Shown here one piece after another: positions 33,001 to 44,658 of a stretch of DNA of 64,000 nt. How positions within the stretch are numbered: position 1 is the first letter of the stretch; every line of letters begins with the position of its first letter. Source of the stretch: Dimorphilus gyrociliatus (lineage: Eukaryota; Animalia; Annelida); contig CAJFCJ010000026.1 of the NCBI GenBank assembly GCA_904063045.1, positions 164,964-228,963 of the forward strand, written 5' to 3'. The translations under genes and the position numbers were made by a program. A model generated the notes under the pieces. It was not told where the DNA came from. It did not search any database and saw nothing but the letters and a program-made list of their open reading frames with translations.

Positions 33001-36000
33001 TGATAATAAGAGACTGACTGTAGAAGTTGGCGAAGAAGATATTACTTTTTTATGCAAATCATCAGAAAAAGGAGATACTGGAAAATATACAGCAACTCTT
33101 ACTAATATTAAAGGAAATGACGTTGTTCATTTTAATGTTACCGTTCGTGGAAAGCCAGGAGCACCAGGTGGACCCCTCAAAGCATCCGATATAACTCCTG
33201 AATCTTGCACTCTACATTGGCAAAATCCATCAGATGATGGCGGCTCACCAGTGACAAATTACATAGTTGAGAAAAGAGAAAAAGGTAGTAATTCTTGGTC
33301 GCCAGTTAGTCGCTTTGTGCGTGGAAACAAGTGTGAAGTAACTGACCTAGAGCCCAATAAAGAATACGAATTTCGAGTAGCCGCCGTCAACGAAAATGGC
33401 CCGGGTGATGAACATCTCACCACAGATAAACCTGTAAAGGCTACTCATAATTTCTCTACACCAGATCAACCGAATAGACTGAGAGTTGTCGATACAGATA
33501 AGGATAGCGTTAGACTAAGCTGGGATAAACCATCTTCCGATGGTGGTGATAGAATTAAAGGCTATGTAGTTGAAATGAAACCCAAGGGTTCATCTCGTTG
33601 GACACCTGTTAACGAGAAATCACCTTGTAAAGGAACTAATTACGCTGTAGAAAATCTTGAAAAGAATAGTGAATACGAGTTTAGAGTTCGAGCAAAAAAT
33701 TCGGCCGGTACCGGAGAACCAAGTTCATCAACAGGCTACGTTCAAGTTCAAGCAAAACCATCCAAAGCACCTGCTCCATCCATGGTTAATGTCGAATCAG
33801 CTGGCCGAAATGGTGCCTTACTCACTTGGGCAAAACCAAGAGTTGACGGTCGTTTGAAAGGATACAACGTTGAAAGGCGAAAAGCAGGCACCAATGAATG
33901 GGAGAAAGTCAATTCTGTTCCAATTGCAGATAATTCATTTTCATTACTTGATTTGCCAAAATCGCAGCCATACGAATTTCGAGTAGCAGCCGTAAACGAT
34001 GCTGGTGAAGGTCAATTTAGCACACCAACAATTCCGTTTACTCTCTCAAAGAATCAAAATGAAAGTGCTCCAGAATTTACCAAAGGGTTGACTAATGTTA
34101 CAGCAAGTAATGGAGGTAACGCTAATTTTGAAATACAGTTTACTGGTGAACCAGAAGATATTAGATGGTATAGAGACGGCATAGAAATAAAACCTGGCGC
34201 TTTCGCAAGAATGACACGTGATGGAGATAAAGCTAGTTTAGTCCTTTCTAACTTGAACCCAAACGATGGCGGAAATGTCAGTTTTTACTTTCTTTTGCAA
34301 TATATATATTTCTTACCATTATAATCCAACAGATTACATGCGAATTGATAAATAACAAAGGCAGGGAATCAACATCGTCTAAACTGGAAATACAAACCCC
34401 ACCCTCCTTCGATAGAGATATAAAAAATCAAGCAGTAGATTTGGGTGAATCATTCAAATTAAAAATACCATTTTCTGGAAATGGTCCTTTCGAAGCATCC
34501 GTTAAGAAAGGCAATAAAACGGTCAATCCAGATAAATTAAGAATTACACTCTTTGATGATTATATAGTTTTAAATTTGAAAGGTTAGTTTGAATAGATTT
34601 TATAAACTTTTTACTTATAAATTTGCTGTAATCAACTATAACATTACATCGTAATCTAGATGCGGAGAAGTCAGACGAAGGACCTTACACTGTGCAATTA
34701 TCGAATAATGCAGGAGCTGTTGAAGCGCCATTTACAGTTAAAGTTAAAGCAACTCCTTCAGAATGCAACGGACCTATAAAAGTGTCAGACTTAAATAAAA
34801 ACAGTTGTCGTTTGAGTTGGAGACCACCAACAGATGATGGTGGCTCAAGGATTACCCATTACATTGTAGAGAAGCAGGAAGTTGGCAAGCCCTATTGGAC
34901 GACAGTTGCATCTTACCACAAAGAAAGCGATATAGATGTACAAGGCCTTCATGAAAATAGTGAATATCTCTTTAGAGTTGCAGCAGTTAATGAAAACGGT
35001 CAAGGAAAGTTTTTGACTGCACAATCATCGGTTGTCGCGAAATTACCCTTCGATAGGCCAGGAGCTCCTGGTATTCCCAATGTTGAATCGGTCGGAGATG
35101 ATTTTGTAAGTTTATCTTGGGATAAACCTCGGTCAGACGGCGGAGGTCGTATAAAAGGATATATCATCGAGAGAAGAGAAACGGGAACTAATAAATGGAT
35201 AAGAGTTACCAACTATCCAGTTCCAGCAACTATTTATAACGTTAGCGGTTTAATTGAAGATAAATCTTACGAGTTTCAAGTCATTGCAGTGAATGAGGCG
35301 GGTGAAAGTAATCCAACAGTTTGTTCTAGACCCATAACTGTAAAAGATCCAGCAGCAGCAAAGTTACCAGAATTTCTTAAAACGCTCCGATCAGTTAATG
35401 CTGTTCAAGGTAAATCGGCTAGATTTGAGGTGGAAGTTAATGGACATCCGGCACCAAGCGTTACATGGTTTAAAGGAACTCGTGAATTACACGATATAGA
35501 CAGTAAATATGAAATAAGAGAGGAAAGTGGAAGGCAAATACTTATTGTTAAAGACGTGTATGGAGAAGATGCTGACGAATATGCTGTTAGAATAACGAAC
35601 AAAGCAGGAAGTAAGATAAGTAGAGCTGATTTAGTAATTGAAAGCCCGCCAAAGATCAAAATTCCACCGCGATTTAAAGATGTTGCTTCGTTCGATGTTG
35701 GTGAAGACATTGTGATTAAACTTCCATTCATTGGCTTACCAAAACCGACTGCAACTTGGTTCAAAGACGGTAGTGAGGAGTTAAAGGCTCATGGAAATGT
35801 GAGAATCGAACTAGGAGATCGTCATGCTTTCTTAAAAATAAAAAATGCTACAAATGCTGATTCAGCTTCCTTTAGATTGACGTTGGAAAATCAATTAGGC
35901 AGTGATAGTGCCACCGTTAGAGTCGAGGTAAACGATAAACCAGACCCACCAAGATTTGCTCAAGTTGAAAATGTCAACTGTGACTCTGTCATGCTAACAT

Positions 36001-38093
36001 GGAAAGCACCCGCAAAAGACGGCGGTAGCTGTATTACACAATATATAATAGAAAAACTTGAGATGCCCATGACCAGTTGGTCTAAGGCTTGTGTAACACG
36101 TTTTACTCATGGTACAATCGAATCTCTATCAGCCGGACACGATTATCAATTCCGAATTTTGGCTGAGAATCTTTTTGGTAAAAGTGAACCTTGTGAACCA
36201 ACGGGAGTTGTTCATACTCCTGATGAATCCGATTCACGTAAAAGTAAACCTTCATTAGGTTATGATGAGCATGGTAGACGAGTCAGAGGCAAATATAATG
36301 GTCCGAAGATTGATAATTATGATAAATTTTATAAAGATACGTGGAATCAACGAAGACCAGCTAATGTTGATATAAAACTAGGATCAGTGTATGAATACTA
36401 TGATGTCTTGGAAGAACTTGGTAGTGGAGCATTTGGTGTAGTTCACCGATGTGTTGAAAAGTCATCTGGTAGAAATTATGTGGCAAAATTCATAAATACA
36501 CCTCATTCCATCGACAAACAAACAGTAAGAAACGAAGTTAACGTCATGAATAATTTATACCATCGGAAACTGTTACATTTACACGATGCATTCGATGATG
36601 AACAAGAAATGGTCTTAATTCTTGAATTTCTCTCTGGAGGTGATTTATTTGATCGTATCGCTGATGATGATTATCGAATGAGCGAAGCCGAAGTGATTCG
36701 TTATATGAAGCAATTATGTGAAGCCATCTGCTATATGCACGAACAGTCAATTGTTCATTTAGATATCAAACCAGAGAACGTGCTTTGCGAGACTCAACGT
36801 TCAACCGATGTAAAGTTAATTGATTTTGGTTTAGCAGCAAAGTTAGACCCAGAAAATGCTGTAAAAGTAAGTACAGCAACAGCTGAATTTGCTGCTCCCG
36901 AAGTTGCAAATCACGAATCTGTTGGCTTTTATACTGATATGTGGGCCTTGGGAGTTTTGTCATACATTTTGTTAAGTGGATTGTCCCCTTTTGCTGGAGA
37001 GGATGATTTTGAGACCCTGGAAAATGTACGACAATGCGATTGGCATTTTGATGAAGAAGCTTTTAAAACAATTTCACCATTGGCTAAAGATTTCATTAAC
37101 AGACTACTTTTAAAGAATGCTGGTCAACGAATGACTGTACACGAAGCTTTGGAACATGCATGGCTAAAAGATGATCACGGAGATTTAACTACAAGAATAC
37201 CAGCATCTAGATATAAAGCAATTAGAGATAAGCTAAGAGCAAGATTTGCTGATTGGCCACATCCTCTTCCAACTATTGGTCGTATAGCAAATTTTAGTTC
37301 ATTGAAGAAACAAAGAGCTAAAGAACATAGGATCTATGATTCTCAATTCGATCGCAAGGAAGCCCTACCCCGTTTTATACGTAAACCTCATTCAACAATC
37401 GCCGAAGAGGGCGGATCCTCAAAATTTATGTGTAAAGTTATTGCTTCTTCTCCTCCACTTATTTCATGGTTTTTTAAAGATTCTCTATTGTCACCTAGTA
37501 TAAAATATATGCCAAAGTATTCAGGTAATGAATACGAGCTACGAATATCTAGACTAAAATCTGATGAAGATAGTGGAACTTATGTTGTACGAGCTGAGAA
37601 TTCTTACGGCAAGCGAGAGGAATCGGCCAAATTAACGGTCGAACATGCAGCTCCAATGATGCCAAGAAGACGAGCAATGAGCGTTCAACCTCTCGTCTCG
37701 AATTTATGTAAGAAGAAGCCTTTGGATGACTCTTTTGATGAGTACCGAGAACCAGCAGATAGAGCTCCTCGTTTTACCTTTCCACTGCGAAATCGTCATT
37801 TAGTAGAAGGTGTTGGTGTTAAACTGATTTGCACGGTAGATTGTAAACCACAACCAAAAATCGAATGGTACAAAGATGGTAATCTGTTAACATCTTCGTC
37901 TGGTTATGACATTAATTACTCTTTGGGCGTCTCTTCACTCGAAATTGGTATTTGTAACACGTCTGATGCTGGTCGATATACCTGTATCGCTAAAAATGAA
38001 AAAGGAAGCGAGCAAACTGAATGTCGCATCACAGTTACCAGCAGTTCCTCTTCCTCTTCTAGACGCCAACAACATTCCTTGAGGTTAGACTGA
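20822..38093 (+). CDS. unc-22: Twitchin (titin-family giant muscle kinase): about 22 Ig, 15 FnIII, one kinase domain
   Basis: Starts APTFLQKPAIRQEDGGKKIVFE (twitchin/projectin Ig1). More than 25 phase-consistent GT-AG exons; K/E-rich linker; DFRALLRHRDKKKKKGADDGPEWGELK; Fn-Fn-Ig repeats; kinase with LGSGAFG, VAK, HLDIKPEN, DFG, APE plus autoinhibitory tail; two post-kinase Ig domains; stop 38091-38093. Confidence 0.95.
23831..24496 (+). other. Three symmetric phase-1 candidate cassette exons of twitchin: 23831-23887 (57 nt), 23941-24009 (69 nt), 24335-24496 (162 nt)
   Basis: Each is bounded by AG/GT, has a length divisible by 3 and no stop in the twitchin frame; encode DVPERKSQFDKRKSTDRGK, SVPSIVMEADNTKIPTDTLAPK and ISPISSREGSRSPSP...RKPSIILEELEENTTD. 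Confidence 0.75.
24027..24060. repeat. (TA)17 microsatellite in a twitchin intron
   Basis: 34 nt of alternating TA starting 17 nt downstream of the 23941-24009 exon. Confidence 0.9.
26202..26222 (+). other. Candidate 21-nt phase-0 twitchin microexon (QNYQLRT) directly after the D1-like site
   Basis: Acceptor CTTCACTTTTTAG, donor GTAATT, in frame, inside an unusually long 320-nt intron; upstream intron would be 45 nt. Confidence 0.45.
28030..28089 (+). other. Candidate 60-nt cassette exon inside twitchin Ig12 (SHLPKQRPIDIRSDDEKPKG)
   Basis: ACAG acceptor, GTAAAC donor, phase 1-1, no stop, inside the 335-nt intron 27957-28291. Confidence 0.55.
29622..29684 (+). other. Candidate 63-nt cassette exon inside twitchin Ig13 (PLQPDNEEPQVATMQVELTEE)
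   Basis: CCCTTCACAG acceptor, GAG|GTAAAA donor, phase 0-0, no stop, inside the 700-nt intron 29214-29913. Confidence 0.65.
36399..37166 (+). other. Twitchin protein kinase domain (MLCK/CAMK group), catalytic motifs intact
   Basis: YDVLEELGSGAFGVV, YVAKFI, HLDIKPEN, DFG, TAEFAAPE, DMW, HAWL. Confidence 0.95.
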
Positions 38094-38976
38094 GATGATT
38101 TTGCAAAGCACACAGCGTTTTGATCTCACTCCGCCCACTGCGCAACGTGTGATGTCCGTAGGCCTACATTTTTCTTCTATTTTTTTCTCGTTTTAAGTCC
38201 CTCTAAGGGACTGTCTTCTATCATTTCTTTGTGCTGCTCATGCGAAAATGATTTTACTGGGGCTGGCTTTATATGCATTTTACAATTATAACTCTTATAA
38301 ATAATGATTTATCTACAAATTACGACACAACAATCGTCATACATGTCCAATGGAAGAGCAAAGGCAATACGACTAGCTTTAAGATTGCGCACTAGTGCTC
38401 ACTCTTGTAAATATAGAACATCTAAACGTACGCTTACGAAGTAAATAAAACGTGCATATATACATTATAAAGTGTAGTTTGTTTGAATTACCAAGGAGAA
38501 CGTCAATTCTTTCTGAAATAAATAAAATTGATGAAAGAATTCTATTTCTGGATTAAGTGCGTAAGTAATTCGAATAAAGGATATTGTATAGACACTGTTA
38601 CCGTATTATGAATTGAACGCGCGTTTCTATGCGTTGTGATGTTGGTCATATGTATTTTTACGATTAATGTGTCTTATAGCTAATTATTACTGTATATATG
38701 AAGGTATGATGATATAAATACTTAATAAATGTTCCGTAAGTGTGGTAATTTTTAATATAACGTTTGATTCTACGACACCTAGGTGTGTGAGTTTAACTAT
38801 ATGCAGAGTTTTACATGTAAACAATTTTCCTTATATATACATATGTATGTAAGTATGTGTGTTTGTATGTATGCATGTAAAATGTATACATTATGTACTT
38901 ATCCTTATCGACGTATATACTGTTTTTCTTTGCGGTGATCCCTTGTACTAACACAGTTAAATAAATGATTGATTAT

Positions 38977-40371
<1,395 letters not shown>

Positions 40372-41034
40372 TCATTGTTTGGATCTGAGCAGTAAACTGC
40401 TACTAAACCAATATAAGATTATTGATCTGATGCAGTGTAAGCTAATTGGTGTTTGAAAGACTATTCCTGATAAATATCACTGAGTTATCATTGCACCAAT
40501 GCCAAGGTCAGGAAATTTTTTAAATAGCTCCAAAATATCACTTGTTTATTCTATTTTTAAACGTTTAAGATATAATCGGCCAAAAAGCCCTTTATGCTAC
40601 GTAAATTGTGAGTCAGCTTTCAGCCATAGCACCTGAACAACGTTCAATACGATCGTCAAGTTTATCGATAATTTGAAGCGTAATAATTTATCTTTTTATT
40701 TCATCTACTCCAGCTATGATAAAAATAATAATACACTGTTAAAATCGTAACATAAGTTATAAATAATAAAACTTCTGAAATAAAAGTCCCTAATAGAATA
40801 TGCTTAATAATGTATCTAAAACTGATTAATTAACACTTTACGACGTTAACAATTGTGTACACATTTAGTATACTTCAGTATGGCATATCTCTTTTTGTGA
40901 CGAATATAATAGACAAAGGCGAAGACAAGTAATTAAAATTAACGCCATAAAAAGTAATTGAAGCACTGCGAAAGGAAACAATAAAATCATTTTAAATATA
41001 AGTGTACATAAAAAGATATAAGATAATTTCGCCT

Positions 41035-42836
41035 CTAAGACGAGTCGGCGACAAGCTTGCTGAATAAATTGTCGCAATAGCTGACTAGATTCTCACAATC
41101 AATCAACTGGCACATGGATCTACACCATCTATCTCCTTTGGGTAAGGGATAGCGACGTAGACGCCTAACTAATTCCAGCTTGGATCTCCAAGCCGCTTCC
41201 TCTTCCTCAGATTCCTGATTGATACAATCAGATGAAATTATTTGCTCCGGTAATATATCTAACGGTTTTGACGGAGGATGGGGATGAGGTGGAGGTGGTG
41301 GTGGTGGTGGTGCTAAGAAGGCATCATTAGGCTGGGCGACATCGTCAATGATCGATGGCGAGAACATAAAGCTTTTATCTAGAGTCACCGATTTACTCTG
41401 CAAATAAATCAGTAAATTTACCTGATCCATTAGTGTAATTATTATTGTTTGCTTACCGGGGTCTCTGGATTATATTCAACACTTCTTTTAGCCATTGGAG
41501 GTGTATCTAGAACGGAAGAATTAAACTGCTGTTCATTTTCCTTATTTTCAAAAATCTCATCATCCGATATCAACAGCTGTATTTCTTCCAGCATACTAGA
41601 CGAATTACATTCGCTTCTAACTCGAGCTAAAGCTAACTTAATAGGAGTTGGTGTTTGAGGTGTAACAGTATTTTGAAGTAGAGCTTTTCGAGCTTTTGTT
41701 GGAGTCTTTATGTTGTCTAAACTCTGAAAGGCGTTTGTATCTGGAGTAAAAACGAACATATTCGAGTCAGAAACTAAAGGAGTTGATGTGAAAATGTTGG
41801 CCGTAGAGTTTTCATCTAAACTATTAGCCTGAGCCAAAGCCACTTTAATAGGAGTAGGTGTCTTCGGTGGACTTAAATATTTCTTTTCCCGATCCGGAGA
41901 ATTTTCGTTTCCTCTGAATTAAAAACAATTATAAGTTAAAAATTTACATTAGTTGACGTCAATACCCTTCGGAGCAATCAACTTCTATAGGTGTGAAGAT
42001 ACTAAGTGCGTTAAGAGGGTTTGTCATAATAGGTGTTGTATTCAGAGTTAAGCTTGTCTTCGTCTATAAAATTAGATATTACTCATTGTTACATTATATT
42101 ACTCCTCTTACCGTTGACATAAAATGATGAGAGGTATTGGGTTTTACCAATTGATCTGCTTCAAATTTTCTTCTCATTGAAGAATTCCAATGATTTTTCA
42201 CAGCATTATCGGTTCTAATTGATAAAAGTTATAAGTTCGTAAAAAAATCCTGAATTTTTTTAAACTAACCTGCCGGGCAAATGCTTAGCTATTTCCGCCC
42301 ACTTGTTTCCAAGCTTGCTATGAAGTTCATAGATGAGTTTATCCTCCTCTTCCGTCCATGGCCCCTTGGATATATCGGGATTGAGATGATTGTGCCATCT
42401 TTCTCTACATTGCTTCCCCGTTCTTCCTTTAATGTGGCGTGAAATCAGCGTCCATCTTTTGGGACCGTATTTCTTAACCAAGTCAATAACTTTTTCATCT
42501 TCCTCCTTTAACCATGGTCCTTTAACAGTTTGTCCATCGAGATTTGTTTGAAAGAGACATTTCTCAGAGCCGTTTAGAGAGTTTGCATTTCTGAAAATAT
42601 AATCGAACTATAACAATGGGAAATAAAAAGAGCGCGCGAAAATAATTTGTGCTCTTTTAATCTACTTTCCTCAAAATGCGGAACTAGATCGATAATTATT
42701 CTTTTAATAAATGACTTTTGTATTATATTTTGAGAAAATAGAAGCTTTTGAACCCATTTGCGGGGAGAACACAAACAAAGTAAAAAAGATGGCTGCCATT
42801 AAAAGCTGAGAAAATTTTTTAATCTTACCTTAGCAT
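41035..42836 (-). CDS. MYB: Myb-family transcription factor (B-Myb/c-Myb-like) with only R2 and R3 repeats visible
   Basis: KGPWLKEEDEKV...GKQCRERWHNHLNP, KGPWTEEED...LPGR|TDNAVKNHWNSSMRRK; two TPTPIKxAL motifs and MFSPS. Putative ATG 42836 in an 8-nt coding exon (start uncertain). Confidence 0.88.
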
Positions 42837-43030
42837 TCTAAAAGACGGTTTAAAACTTCAATCTTTAAAAGAATTAATTTATATTTGCATTGATCTCCAT
42901 AGTTATCAATTTCTGAAAGCTACAAATCTATCCGTTTTATCTAAATCATAAAAACATTCTGGAAAATATGGCGCGTTGTACAAATTTTGCGCTCTAAATC
43001 TTCACTGTATGATGATTGGCTGATGTCTAT

Positions 43031-43040
43031 GTCACGTGAT
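43031..43040. promoter_or_regulatory. E-box GTCACGTGAT upstream of Myb
   Basis: CLEAR/USF/Myc-type E-box about 195 bp upstream of the putative Myb ATG. Confidence 0.45.
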
Positions 43041-43904
43041 CTGAAGGGCTTATTTTCGAACAAAATGTTCTAACCTCTAAATATAAGTTATTTTAGGGTA
43101 AAAAAACAATATTTGATGAAGCAGTGAAACCAATAAGTAAAATATGAAATATATCATATTACTATTTCTAATAGACATCACCGTGCTTGTGAATTTAAAT
43201 GTCAAACATTCTAATAATATACACGCTACACTATAAGAATCTCAATTTCTTATTGTCACACAAAAAGCTAGCTTAAGCCCTTTGCTACGTTTTATTTTTT
43301 CGTTCAAATTCTACTCCTTGTTATAATTATTATTGATGGAATTCTAAAACGTCTTTCAAAACGATATTACTATATTTATAGAATAGATATGAACCGTCTC
43401 ACTTGAAAAATTCTTGGCGTTTCATATTTGAATCTCACTTAAGTACCTAATATTTCCTCTCATTATTTAATTTAAAATTAGTGGAAAATTTTTAAAAATG
43501 AAACACTAAATGATATCTGAAAAGAAAATAGAAAATCAACCATTGTTTCACCTTGTTACCCTGTCATCAGTTATATGATTGAAAAGAGAATTTTTTAAGG
43601 AATAACCTAACACTTCCATTCATTCATATTCATATCTGTATTCCTTACCTGGAATTATTAAGAGATCTGTAATTTTTTGGCGCTAAACTTCGGGACATCG
43701 TACCAGACAGAAACATATTCAGTTTGATTGGCTCCAAACATTTTTCCGAATTTCACCTATTGGCAATCACAACATTGAAATTCTATATATTATTTCCAGG
43801 GAAAATAATAAAATACTATATGATAATATTCAATTACTCGTATTTTTTATTTATCGCCGAATGCTGAAGATCTTTATTATACTAAAAAAAATATTTCATT
43901 TTGT

Positions 43905-43912
43905 TGACGTCA
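43905..43912. promoter_or_regulatory. cAMP response element TGACGTCA upstream of the neuropeptide gene
   Basis: Exact CRE palindrome about 295 bp upstream of ATG 44207. Confidence 0.4.
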
Positions 43913-44206
43913 TCTGATTGCATTAATGATAGTTTTAAGATTAGTGACTTTTAAATCCTCGAGCAGTTATTATGATGGAAAAGAACACTAGCTTAATCGG
44001 TTATATATCGATTAAGACGAGAATATGACTAATAATAGAACTTTTAAGGAGGTAATACGTAATTATATAAACAATGTGACAGACATCAGGAACCGTTTTT
44101 GACGTGTTTAAGATAGCTAATGCAATACAGATTAATGAACGCCTACTTTGACCAATCAACGACAAGTAGAAATTATCTAGTTTTTTTCATTCTTATTCGT
44201 TTGGCC

Positions 44207-44514
44207 ATGTCCGAAAAGCTTGTCTTCCTCCTGCTTCTTATCGCTACTGTTACTCTGGTTTGGGGAACATCTTCAGACCAAAGATTGGCAGAACTACGAG
44301 CTAAGCAAGGTCTTCGTAGCAAATTAGTTATTGGTCATGGTCTTTTAGATCCAGATAAGATGTAAGGTACTCTTTTTAAGTTTTAACTTTTACAATCTAT
44401 TGCTTATTTAGCGGAAAGAGAAGAATGGTCTTCCGTCGTTTCAAGTCCGTACCGAAATACAATTACGAAGAGCCTGAAAAGCCACGCTACAAAAGCGATA
44501 AAACCGAAAAATAG
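44207..44514 (+). CDS. Neuropeptide precursor, PTH-like (iPTH/PXXXamide) type, 85 aa, 2 coding exons
   Basis: Exons 44207-44361 and 44412-44514 (50-nt GT-AG intron, phase 2) give signal peptide MSEKLVFLLLLIATVTLVWG, then TSSDQRLAELRAKQGLRSKLVIGHGLLDPDKI, then GKRR (amidation plus cleavage), then a tail. Confidence 0.85.
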
Positions 44515-44658
44515 AAAAAAATGAAATAAGGTCATTTTTACGTTATGTCTAACAGCATTAATTATTTTAATTGTGCTTACGCAAATAGAAACAATCTCAA
44601 ATTTAATCAAAGTTTTAAGCTACATTCTAAATGCACACCAATGAAACGTTTTCATTAA

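Noticed and set aside
20841-38113. Numerous alternative-frame and antisense ORFs over twitchin (e.g. 30123-30452, 31885-32337, 35405-35764)
   Set aside because: Expected shadows of long coding exons; no independent motifs.
40865-41077. Alternative-frame ORF at the Myb 3' end (RQFIQQACRRLV) faintly like the B-Myb C-terminus
   Set aside because: Upstream in-frame stops and no splice or frameshift signal connecting it to Myb.
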